Part shown: positions 51,866 to 64,000 of the stretch, one piece after another
How positions within the stretch are numbered: position 1 is the stretch's first letter
Layout of the letters: the number at the start of each line of letters is the position of its first letter
Assembly (NCBI GenBank): GCA_951804945.1
Contig: OX638164.1
Location: 28,086,001 to 28,150,000, forward strand
Reading direction: 5' to 3'
Source: Podarcis cretensis
Lineage: Eukaryota
DNA: 64,000 bases
Notes under the pieces: generated by a model
Database searches by the model: none
What the model was told of the DNA's origin: nothing
Seen by the model: only the letters and a program-made list of their open reading frames with translations
Program-made: the position numbers and the translations under genes

Positions 51866-53376
51866 GCAACAATGCAGCAAAATCCAAGATTACAAAGAAT
51901 TCCCTAGAGCAGACATATTTAATTTTCTTTCAATGATTATCCCAAGCAACAGCTAAGGACGTCAGAAGAGACCTACAGTCCTTGATAGTTTCATTTCCCC
52001 ATTATAACACTGGAGGCAGTTGAGGGGAGATGCGTAACCCCGGTGGAGTTTTCTAGGGTTGCCGTATTTCAAAAAGTAAAAAATCTGGACACCCCCAAAG
52101 TTGTTGAGCTTTTTAAGGAAAACCCAAAAGCTTTTTTTAGATAACTTGGGAAGATGTTATGGTGCACATACAATCAGGAAGGAGTGGGTGGGATCAGCAA
52201 GGCATGGGAGCTTCCTGCTCTTAGAGGCCAAGTGCAATAGATACATTCAACATGACAGCTTAATTTTCCAAGGCACTTCCCTGTTCCAGCCTCCCTTCCC
52301 GTACACAGCAGAGGAATCACCACCACCGATGTACCAATTGCACTGAGCACAACGACTGGCATGTAGTTGGTACCAGGCTACCCAGTACATCAAAGCCAAG
52401 CAAATTCTCAAATCAAAGGAACCAAGATTAAATTTATACTTTGCTGGCAGCAGGCAGGCAACGAGGAAGTACGTGCAAAATATTTGAGGGAAAACTTATC
52501 ACAAGACATTGCCTTAAACAGAGTAAAAAAGGTAGCTCCATCTGATTGCACTTGTTTTCAGAGCCCAACTTCTACTTACTATATTTAAATCAGCAGGTGA
52601 TGCTTTGATAGTCCAAAAGCAGAGAACAAAATAAATTCTTCCATTCAGATACCCAGTGAGCTAGGTAATATTTTACTGTCAGAAGCTCTGAATTCCCCCC
52701 TCCTACACCTTTTAATGAACTGAAGCCAGTGTGTCAGCAGCAATATCTAGGTTAGAGTATTAAACAATGCAGAAATGGGGGGTGGGGCGGGGGGAGAGAA
52801 GCACAGCTCTGCATTCTATGTTCTGCATACTGTTGCTTCTGCTTCTCTCGCTCCAGTGTAGCTTTTGAGCCAGCTCAAAGACACCAAGTGCAATCGTCTT
52901 TCACTTGCTCATGGCACGAAAGCAAAAAAATATATAAAGGTAAGCAGAGTGATGACTATATTGGGGCAGGTGAGAGATGGAAGGTTGATAAAGGGTCCCC
53001 CAAACAAAGTAAGGCAACACTTGGCTGAAAACACCATCTATCTATCTATCTATCCATCCATTCCTGTGCCTATATAAAGGAGGAAACTATGCCTCCACTA
53101 ATTTCTTCTCACAGGTGCCCTCTAATTCCCTCCTTCCATGAAGCAAATGGCAACTTTGCTCTTTAAAAAGTGGTTTTAAATCAGGAACACAATGCAGAGG
53201 AAAAGGTTAAAAAGCCTACTCTCCAACTGCCATAGCCCTAATCCTATTCCCCATACTCCCAGGCCACTTTTAAAACAACAAGGAACCTCTATGATTATGG
53301 ACTCTCGCCCTTTGTCTAGCTTTGTTTTAGGATTACACAGGAAAGCATGTGAGTCCTTGTTGGTGTTTGTCTTGCA

Positions 53377-53924
53377 CAGGGGTCGGCAAACTAAGGTCCG
53401 CGGGCGAGATCAGGCCCAACTGCCTTCAGGATCTGGCCCGCGGACTGTCCGTGGATCGGCGTGGGGATTCTGTTTGTTTAGGTTGCGCCATTTTTTTCTG
53501 CGCCATTTCCCCCCCCCTCTCCCTCATACACACCGCGGCTGCACCTCCTCCCTCCCTCCTCCTGGCTTCTCCCCGCCCTGCCTAGAGGAGGAAGGGGGCT
53601 GGGCTGAGCTGGCTGAGCGCCATTTTAAGCAGCCCCTCTCCGGAGCCAGCCCTTTCGCGCTGCTCATCTTCCCTCCGCCATTGTCGCCACCGCCCTGGTG
53701 CTCCTGTTTGCCTGCTCATGAGAAGCAGCAGCAGCAGTGGTGGTGGTGGCAGCCCCTGGGAAGGTAAGCACAGCAGCTGGGGCTGGGGGCTGGGGAGGAG
53801 GAATACTTGCCCCCCTCACCTCTTCTCCCAACTCCCCCCCCCCCCGGTGCCACTATTCCAGCCCGTCACAAGGTCTGAGGGACAGTGCACCAGTCCGCAG
53901 CTAAAAAGTTTTTGCTGACCCCTG
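53377..53924. mobile_element. hAT-type non-autonomous transposon with GC-rich interior
   Basis: TIR CAGGGGTCGGCAAA / TTTGCTGACCCCTG, perfect 8-bp TSD GTCTTGCA. Confidence 0.88.
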
Positions 53925-54746
53925 GTCTTGCAGCACCTGCTACACTTTTTCAGTTAAAGATACTGTTACGCACCGACAGCATTGGAAACGCAACATTGAT
54001 GGATGAAAGAAACAGAACAAAATGTATGCATCCTCTTCAGCTATATGGGGGCGGGGAATGGACAACCCTCCCTCTTCAAATATTGTGCCTCAGTAGAGGA
54101 CTGGTTTGAGCCAAATGGCCTGAAGTCATCAAGAAGAGACAGAACTCAACCTGCCCACTAATGAATGGCCTGGTATGTTTTTGGAACCTGTTTCACACTT
54201 GTGGGATTTCCTTCACTTTGAGACTCGCCAAAAGCTAAGAACATTTTCGGAAACAGAAGACTGTATCATTTCAGTTGACTTCTACATGTCAACAAGGAAA
54301 ACATTTTAATGACTCATATTTTATACATTAAGTGCAAATGTTTGGTCAACCAGAACAAACCTGTAAGAAACCTCTGGCTTAAAAAAATAAAAATAAACAT
54401 CACGTAACGTTTAAGCAAAACACCAGTTTTAATTCTACACTTGATTTAGGCTAATCTCTCTTAGATCAACCAAGCCAAAGTACTATGGAGACTGAAACGT
54501 ACAGAAAGACTTTGCAAAGGCACCCAAACTACTATGAGCAGATATTAATCTGCATTCCATCAATATTCCAGGCCACAAACATCTAGAGCTAATAAAAAGA
54601 AGTACTCCACACAAAGCTTCTATTAATTGATGGAATTCGCTGTCATGGGATTTTGTGTGGTTTAATAGTATAACTGTTAAACAAAACAAAATACTTCACA
54701 AATTTATGGAAGGGAGGTTTGCTGAAGCCTATTAGTTAAGATGATC

Positions 54747-55109
54747 GGGACGCGGGTGGCGCTGTGGGTAAAAGCCTCAGCGCCTAGGGCTTGCCGATCG
54801 AAAGGTCGGCGGTTCGAATCCCCGCGGCGGGGTGCGCTCCCGCAGCTCGGTCCCAGCGCCTGCCAACCTAGCAGTTCGAAAGCACCTCCGGGTGCAAGTA
54901 GATAAATAGGGACCGCTTACTAGCGGGAAGGTAAACGGCGTTTCCGTGTGCGGCTCTGGCTCGCCAGAGCAGCGATGTCACGCTGGCCACGTGACCCGGA
55001 AGTGTCTCCGGACAGCGCTGGCCCCCGGCCTCTTGAGTGAGATGGGCGCACAACCCCAGAGTCTGTCAAGACTGGCCCGTACGGGCAGGGGTACCTTTAC
55101 CTTTACCTT
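54747..55109 (+). mobile_element. Sauria SINE, young subfamily, full length
   Basis: Near-identical to 21925-22269. 13-bp TSD TATTAGTTAAGAT (54730-54742 / 55110-55122). Inserted in an older CR1-like 3' end. Confidence 0.93.
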
Positions 55110-58100
55110 TATTAGTTAAGATACTACCTGCATAACTGGAGTCAGTATGCTCTTGAATGCCAGTTGCTAGAAACCACAGGAGAAAAGTCCTGCTTGTGGG
55201 CTTCCCAATGGGGAAACTGGGTGGTCACTGTGAGAACAGGATGCTGGACTAGATGGGCCACAGATATGACCCAGGAGGCCTCTTAATGCAATGGAAGCCA
55301 GTACTTGTAATCACCCAGAATTTTCTAAAATGTCCTATCTCTGTAGCCAAGTCAACAACAATAATTCATTTATATATTGCTTATATGCCAAAATGGCATC
55401 AGAGCATTTTTCAACTTTAAAACCAATCCTTAATTAAAAGGCACGATTAAAAGGAGCTATTAAAAAAGTTTAACAATTAAAACAGTTAATAAAACTACAA
55501 GTTTGGTTCTGTGGAATGCTTGCCTAAATGAGTGTGTTTTCAGGAGCTGGTGGAATGCCAGCAATAATGGGACCTCTTTTATTTCAGCAGGGGGAGCATT
55601 CCACAGCACTGAAGTCCCCAGTGAAAAAGCCCACCTCTGTGTTCCCACAAGCCAATGATTATCAGGCTGTGGCAAAACTAACCAGGTTTCATAGTACTCT
55701 CACATATGTAGGGCTGCATAGAACCTAAAAAGAAAATCACATTTATTTTGGGAAGCAGCACAGAACTGATAACCGGATGGCAGGGGCCAAAGATGGGAAT
55801 CACTATTATCTGCCTAGTTTGTGAACTTGGGGGTGGGTGGAGAACTAGCTGGTCAGTGTTAGAATGCTGAACCAGACTGACCTTTGGTCTGATCCACTAC
55901 AGCAATACTTATGCTCTTATTGTTCACAAAACAGAGAGGAAATAATTTATTCAATATAAGGCTGCAGAACCCATAGACACATTCTTGAGCAGAGCAAGCA
56001 GTATCAAATTAAAAATACTGACTACTGCAGAAGGAAAATGTCTGCTGGAAACATATTCCATATTTTTTTTCATAAACACGGCGCTCACGACAAATTAAAG
56101 TCATTAAGATTTTATTTCCATCTCAGCAATTATCAGCATATTCTTTTTAACATTTACTTTAAGACAATACTATCTTTCAATTCATTAAGCTCATTCTCCC
56201 ATTTACGAAGTTCTATATCAAATCAAAATCCTATTTGAATTAATAAGAATTATGGGGAAAAGTAATTTAGAAATAAATGATCTGAGGTTCAAACCACTGA
56301 AGCTTTTGATTATGAAATACTGTACGGTTAAAACTAACCAAAGGATTTCTGCAGGACCCTCGCAATGAAAGATGTGGATCACCAATGCGATGGCACATGT
56401 CAGGATGCAGGAGAGGTCTTCAGGTCCTCAAGTGCATTAATGGTGTTCTCATTTAGCCCACAAAGGCAGAGCATTCTACCTTCATAGGTACACTGGGACA
56501 CTGAATAGGAATGAAAAAGCCTTGCTTGCTTCCATAGAATCTGTTGTTCCCAGCCTGCACTCTAAGCATCAAATTAAAACCCGCAGCCACTTTGTCAGAA
56601 TTAAAAATGATTAAATTGTATTAGACAGATCTGAACCAGACAGCTAACATTATAGCCAACAGCACTCTCTTATGGGTGCTACTTGCTAAAGGAGAAATCA
56701 GCATTATTAAACAGACAATGTAATCATGGTAAATAATATTGTCAACTGGGCTACATTTTCATTTAGCTTTGTTAACATTTCACTTTACTGCAATATAGAG
56801 AAACCATACCTAACAGAAAATTGAGTTTCATATCCTGAAGACTAGGTGTCAGGCACTGAGGGCTAGGGACTGGGATATGAGTAGACAGGCCACGAGAACC
56901 CTGCCCTTTTCACCACTTGCTTTGGGACCTGTAGCTAGTGGTGCAGTGAAGGAAGAGGAAGAGGGAGCTCTGGAATTCCTATTGTTCATGACAGATTAGG
57001 AGAGAGGATGCCAGAGTATGAGAAAAATAGCTTAGGAAAGACTAGATACTTCCCCTTCTTTTCTTTGGTGGTGGGGGCCCTACTTCAAATGGTAACACTC
57101 CTTTTGCAGGATTGTTGGGCTTTATAATTGAAAGGGGGAAACTGCATATCTGCTTACTGAAGATCTTTTGTTAAAGCTCAATCTGTTTTACAACTTGAAT
57201 TTGTTCTGTGAATATTTTACTCTTCTATTGTCAGGTGAGCCTAATAAAATGGGTTTCATGCATAGTACTGCTGCTCTGTAAGAGGGTTGTTGCATGTTTG
57301 CTGTATATAGATCAACACAGCTGTTTGGATTTTGGGGCTCACCTTAGAGGAATGGCTAAGGTGGACATCATAATGAGCTCCTGCACTTCAGAATTTACCT
57401 ACCTGCAGCAAATAAATTCTCAAGTAAATATTTGCTGGATCAGAGGAAACTCAAGGGAGCTGAAGTCTAAAGGTAATTCCCAACACTTCATAGTTCCCAG
57501 ATGCAGACTTGGCCTTCAGGTACAATAGCTGGAACTGTGTGGATTCAGACAATGACACACAATAGCATTTCTAGCCATACTATGAACAATAATTCCACAC
57601 AGCAGACTGCTTGGCATGAATTTACCCACGCTTCTTTCTTAAAACCACAACGCCCAATCTTCTACTGATTCTTGTTAGTGCTCTATCCTCTCCCACTAGC
57701 AGACTAACACTTCTGTGCCATAAGGAAACATGCAAAGTCTTCTGCCCAAACCGGTGTGGTGTCTTTGATGTAGTATTTAGGGTCTGTATTTGCTAAGCAC
57801 ATCAAAAGCATTCATGGGAGAAGATTTCACACATTCAGTCAACGGTATGGGAGCAATTAGGGGGAAGAGCTGGCAATAAACATGTAAAATCAGTGTGTCA
57901 GAAAGAGTCTAATTAACCAACACAGAATTCTGTACCAGCATTTTCTAGGTATTGCTATCCAGCTTGGTAAACCATTTTGATGGCCAGCTAAAGGTTTCTC
58001 AACTCTTGCCTCTCAGCCTAATGATTCAGGAACAGAAGAGCCTGCCTTATACTGAATGATGCCATTGGGTCATCTAGCTCCATATCGTCTACACTGACCA

Positions 58101-61100
58101 CCAGCAGCTCCCCAGAGATTCAGAGCACTGGGACTTTTTGCATACAAAGAAGGAGCTGTAACATTGAACCAAAGCCTTTTAGATGGGCTTTAGTCCATAC
58201 CTGCAACATCTAACCTGACCTAGAGAGTAAATGTGGGCAAAAGAGGAAGAGAAGAAATGGGAACATGAAATGTCTTGGTGTCTCTAGAGAATTATAACAA
58301 ACTTGTAAGAGAAGCAAATTTGGGAAGAGAACTGAAATGTTTCTGATTGATATTCATGATGCACAGATTTTTCCTCAATTAAAGTTAATTACCCACAAAT
58401 GGAACACATAATAATCTGTGTGCTTTCTTCTTTTTTATTATTAATCTGCTATTGTGATGTTTAATGTTAAGTTAGAATCCTATCTTGCAAGCTTAGATAT
58501 CCACTATATAGGCTTTCTGATTAGTTTTAAATTCCAAAAGCTTTTTAACTATGCAGTTTAAATATGTAAGCCACATAATAGACCATAATGGCTCCTTTGG
58601 AATCATTAGAACACATAGTAAATACGATGCAGCATGACAATAGTTTAAATACACACTCAGATGATAGCTTTGTAACAAGTGGATACTTTGCATTCTATCG
58701 GCTAAATGGGCACTTACATATAGATCATAATAATATCTCCTTGACAACAGTTAAGGTCTATTGTCTCAATTTATTGGCTCAGGAATCTTCTTGGTTGGGT
58801 ATGGTGCTCAAAACAATGGGACAAAATAATACAAAATAAGTGATGTTAAAATAAACTCAGGAAGCTGCCAAATCTTGGAGAACTCAGCACTGAGTGGATG
58901 AAATACCACTCCTTATTTTTGTCTATAATATACACAAAATGATGGGGGGGGGGGAACCAATGAGAGAGTCTCCTCTCAACACTTCTTAGGGCCTCCTACA
59001 ACTTTTCATTTCAGGGGCAAATGCTGATGCTTGGTGCTTCTTCAGTTGCTCATAATGAAAGTGAAATTTAACATGGGTTTTTTCTAAATTTCGCTTTACG
59101 GTAGCATCACCATAGCTGAACCACCCTAGCTAAGGCACCAACAAGGGGGTTTCAAAAGCATTTGGCTCCATCAATGGGAAAAATAATTTATATATGTCTG
59201 CCCAGCAAGTTATGGCACATCTGACTGGTATGGAGAGTTTACACTGATACAGACTGCTTCAAATCAACCATGACCCAAAATTCATAGTTTAGATTAAAAT
59301 CTAAACCAGTTTAAGATAATCAGAGTGACAGGAAATCAAGGACTTTGTTATTATGCTTATGTGTTGCCCAAGAAGCTCAGAGAATATGAAAGCTCCAAGC
59401 AATCCCTCATTAGTTTGGGAAGGGTCAAGACAGGAACAACAATGACTACTATTATTATGGTTAAATTTATTACCTGCCCTGCACCAGAAGGTTCCAGGGT
59501 GGATTGCAACAATATAAAAGATAGCAATAAAAACTGTTTAAAACAAATTAAAATCACAACTAGATATGCTTAGCTTTAGAGAGCAATCTACATATGCAAC
59601 TTTCAGACCATTCACAACATCAAATTCTAGAAACCAGAACGACATCTTATCAAAAGCAGAACAGAGCTGTTTATCTATTCACCTCTGTTTTACATACAGA
59701 AGGTGCCAGACTCGGTCCTTGGCATAGACACAAAGGATCTTAGACATAGGTAAGAGAGATAGTCTTAAGATTTTGGATTGCTACCATCAATCAATAGCTG
59801 GCAATGCGGGCTGCACTCATGGCCCTGCCTAAATGCATGACTTCTTTCCAATGTTTCTTTAAAAATGAGAACAATGGGTCCTCGAATACCTATTTGTTCA
59901 GCATAAACTCCGTACCATGGGAGCTGTTTTAAAGGGAAACAGTTTCCCTGATATGCAATGTACCTGGGTTTGCCTTTGAAGGCTTTGCAGACTACAGCTG
60001 GTTCCAAATACAGCTGGGTTTCTGACTGTGATCAGGTGTACGAAACGTATGCTCCCAGGAAGTGTCCTCCCCAGAGAGAATCACTGACACCCCATCTGAT
60101 GTCTTTTCAGCACTGGGCAACTCTTTATCTGCCCTGGCCTCTTCTTTTGGATCTTCTGGTTTTAGGTTTGTGGTTCCTTTCATGTCATGTTATGCTCTTC
60201 TGCTGTTTTAGTATATTGTTTTATTGTGTTTTAATGACTACTAGCTGCTCTGAGTGCCCTTGAGCCAAAGACTGGGGTACACATATGCTAAATAAATAAG
60301 TCTATTTTGCTCCTGTGCCTTACGTGCCAGCACACCCTGGGAAGATGGAATTTATTTGGCAGATGGTTCATGTATTTAAGTCTATTTTATGCAATTTTAC
60401 TGAGAGACGTTTCAGTTTCAGCAGTAAAAAGAAGATATTTTTAGAGCCAAGAAAAATGGCAAAGACATGTTTAGATGCTTAATTAGTCCATCAAATGCTG
60501 AATTGTGAGGTATCGAACACTTCAGAAGTATCCGTTTTATGTACTTTGAGCTGCAAGAATCCCATTCTAATCTAATCCCATTAGCTTCAGAAGAGAAGCC
60601 CTATGTATTCCAAAGCACTATTTGGTAAAACGATGCAGTTTATATTCCAGAAGCTCTAATCACTAAATGAAATAAATTAATGTAAATTACTGTCAAATGC
60701 AGTATAGCTGCTATGTTTTAAAAGGCCTGTGCACTTATCTTGCTTGGCATATTATGACTGAGATGGGTTGCGAACTTAAATAGTTGGAGAAACTAAAGGT
60801 TTTGTTTATATAGCAGAACTAAAAATAGAGCCTCAAGTGATTTACAACTCTTCATTATTGGCTGCTGGGAGACCAATGGCTTTTGATGCACCTGAACTGA
60901 TCCTCAAACTCCATGGCTCCCGTTTCTCTTGAATAGCTCTGCAGGCTCTCAAATCATGGGATAAATCAATGGCAAGTTTGAGGGTAGCTTGCAAAGCTAT
61001 TACCAGTGGGTAATGTGACAATGCACTGCTGTAGTAGACTTCATGTAGCAAATGCATTTACCTATCCATATATTGTTTTATATAATGTGTTCATTCAAAA

Positions 61101-61533
61101 TCAGAATTATAGGCATGGCTATATAAAGTTAGAGGTGTGGAAAATCTTGGACCACCAATATGTCCACAGGGTAATGAGAGCAGAAGGAAAGTAGGAGTTA
61201 CATGAACCACCTTGGTACTCCTTTTTCTATGCATGGTTTCAATGTTTTGTATTGCCTTCCTCTCCTACCATCCCCAAATACTGCAGAAACGGAAAAGAAG
61301 GATACACATTTGCAATTGCGGTATGTTGTTGATGTTGAAATATAAGTCAATGATACAGGCTTTTATAAAATACAGCCAGGAAGTGTTGAAGCAATTGCAA
61401 AAGTTTTGTTTTCTAAGTTTTATGAGAGGTTACAGCAGTTAAAGACTGCTTCTTAACAATTAAGAAGAGAGTAGTGATAGCAATTGTGAGAGGGGAGCTA
61501 CCTCAGGATGACTGAGGAGAAGATCTCTTAGGC

Positions 61534-62049
61534 CAGAGGTTTTCAACCTTTTTGGGTCCATGATTCCCTTGACCAACTACATTCTTTCAGTGGCACCCCT
61601 GTGGAGCTGAGGAGCCCAGTTATGTCACCCCTTGCCTGCAGAGCTGGCAGCCTCTCAACGTTATTCAAACACCCTCCCTTGTGGAGCGTTCCCTCAGCCT
61701 CCTCTCTTCTCCCATCCCCTCTCCTTGAGAGTCTCTGGGCAGTTGCAGCTGCCATCCTTGGTCTCAGAGCTGCCCCCCTCCACCCCAAAGAGAGATGCCT
61801 ACTCACACTGCTCCATAGGGGCCTGGGAAGCACCCCCTGGCCAGACCCAGAGGCACCATTCACCTGAGGAGCTTGTAGCCAGGGCTGCTGCAACAAACAG
61901 CTGTGCAAGCCCTTAGGAGACAGAGATGTGAGAAGGCATCAGAGGAGGGAAGGATGGAAAGAAGGACAGAGGCCAGTGTTGCCCACGGCACCCCTGGCCA
62001 TCGTTCAAGGCACCCCAGGGTTACATGGCACACTGGGCGAAAACCACTG
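61534..62049. mobile_element. hAT-type non-autonomous transposon
   Basis: Termini CAGAGGTTTTC / GAAAACCACTG, perfect 8-bp TSD TCTTAGGC. Confidence 0.85.
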
Positions 62050-64000
62050 TCTTAGGCACTCATCATCCAGCATTACTGAAAGCAATGTAACCTTTCTTGC
62101 TTTCAGTTCCTCTTCTAACCAAACGTTCCTCCTTCCCAATACAATTATAAAACAAAGAAACACCTTTGAGGTTTTTGATGCTCTGGCAAAATGCAGATAT
62201 ACCCATGGTAAAAGAAGGGGGAAACAACTCCTGGAAATTATCAAATCCCAGCTCATAAATCAATCAGTTCTTCTCCTTGTAACAGAGAGGAATCCATATT
62301 TCTGTGTGTATGAAGACGTATTTTTACATTAAATATTTCAGCCAGCCCTTCGGGTCAAACTGAATGACCTGTTGCTTACACTAATAGGACTCTATGCAAT
62401 GAAAATAATGTCTTACCCCAAAATGGAACGTCAGTGTTAGAAGAAAGCAACAAAACCTGGCTACACAACCCTTTCTTGGAGATCTCACATTTGACCTTAG
62501 ATGGGCAGCAATAAGAAAGAAAAAGCATGTGTCTCTCAAAGGAGTGCTCTTTCATTGTGCATGACAGCTTTTCATATACACACCCAGTATAGCCAATGAT
62601 TATGTGCCAATTTGCTTATTGTGGTTGGGAAGAAAGTCCACAACAGTTAGTACTGATCACTAATGGGATCAGAATGACAGTAATTTTACTACTGAGTTAT
62701 AAGCTCTATTTAGTCCTCCAAGTATACACACATAACCAGTGAAAAGCTACTTCAAGTTCAAGTTTCCAGCACTTTCTTTCCCCAAATATTCATGCATATG
62801 TTTATATGTTAAAACTAGAGGCTCTAACTTTTTAAACCTCCCCTGAATCTTTGTAATTCCATGGTCTCTGTAGTGCCAAAATACAGCAATCAACTCAAGT
62901 AGTGTTTCCTTTGCAGCCTTTATTCACGAGCTGATCAAATGGGACTGATCCAATAGACTGGATAGAGGAAAGAGTGAGGGGAAAGAAAGCATTGCTTCCA
63001 AAGCAGAATAAGGCCAGCACCATTTTACTCTTGTGAGCTTTGTTTAATACTATCACTACAAGATGCTGGAACACTCCACATCTGGATGGAAAATTGTCAG
63101 ACTCTTTTAAAAAGATGCTCAATTAGAAAAAAAAAATGCTAAAAACTTTTGAGAAGAATGGACAATGTATGTTAATTGTGCTGACAATGTAAGACATTTA
63201 CTTTCAATGGAGTTAATTTAGTGACATCTGTTCATGGCCAAGAGAATAAAAGGGACTATTTAAGATGAGGCTGTCAGCAAGAAAACATCAACACTGGGTG
63301 GCTTCGATTAGCCTCTTCCGGCCAAAATCATTGCAATATACTAAGAAAAGGGGAACAAACACGCCTTGCACATGGCAGCAGCCTTTTCAAACACGCAGCA
63401 GTAAGAATACGAAGAAAGACAGGATGTTTCTGGAATCAAAATGCTGTGCTGGTCTTCCAAGTTCTGCAAGGCAATTAACCCCAATATTTTCAGCATACAC
63501 TCACAAACTGTATATAATCTATATGGGTTGCCTTTACACAAGATGGAACTTTTGTCAGCACAGAAAGGAGGAGGAGGCACAAGGCTGGTTAAAAAGGGGG
63601 GGGGGATTGAGGGCCAGGAGGAAAAGTGTGCAGCATGGGAAGTCCAAAATACTTGTTTATTGAAAATATTTTTTATGCTGCCTTGAAATCAGAAGGCAGC
63701 ATACAATAAACAATACGTTAAAACTGTAGCCACAAAATGAAACAGCAGCATACACAAGCCAGCGGAGCAATAACATTAATTCAAAGCAACTGGCAATAAT
63801 TTCCAACAAAGGCTTGGGAAAATAAAGGATGGGAAATTTTAGCATGTGTTGGAATGACATAACTGCTGGCGCTTACTGCAGTTCAGAGGGGAAGTGATTC
63901 CACTGAGAGGGTGCCACAACAGAAAAGTTGCTCCTTCACGTAGCCCTGTCACAAACCACTTAGCGCTTTACAGTGCAAAATTAAAACCTTCAGCCTGGCC

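Noticed and set aside
52054-52180. TAGGGTTGCC-type hAT terminus
   Set aside because: No matching second TIR or TSD found; at most a fragment.
53192-53767. 191-aa ORF
   Set aside because: Runs from unique sequence into the GC-rich hAT element; no recognisable domain.
1-64000. Prokaryotic-type systems (CRISPR, operons, defence islands) or a second protein-coding gene
   Set aside because: The sequence is vertebrate intronic DNA. I saw no repeat-spacer arrays and no other exon series with protein homology.

Overview
Vertebrate genomic DNA, most likely a lacertid lizard (inferred from Sauria/Squam-type SINEs and squamate L2/CR1/hAT repeats). The whole window lies inside CADM1 (SynCAM1/Necl-2/IGSF4A) on the minus strand. 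Eight internal coding exons (2-9 in human numbering) have GT-AG boundaries and compatible phases, and encode Ig1-Ig3, the Thr-rich stalk and the 33-nt alternative exon DTTATTEPAVH. Exon 1 lies beyond position 64000. The TM/cytoplasmic exons are not in the window and should lie below position 1. The introns hold four Sauria SINEs with TSDs, other tRNA-derived SINEs, L2/CR1/L1 remnants, six hAT-type MITEs (five with perfect 8-bp TSDs), a Tigger-like MITE and microsatellites. The most unusual element is a 759-bp solo LTR (TG...CA, 5-bp TSD) whose putative U3 is almost filled by an intact 198-codon ORF. Other leads are the conserved Gly-Thr-stop read-through for a secreted CADM1 isoform, an RBFOX-site cluster upstream of exon 9, inverted SINEs flanking exons 8-9, and an AP-1/ARE triplet. 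Nearly all ORFs in the supplied track are spurious. Comparisons with human CADM1 and repeat families are from memory; no searches were run.
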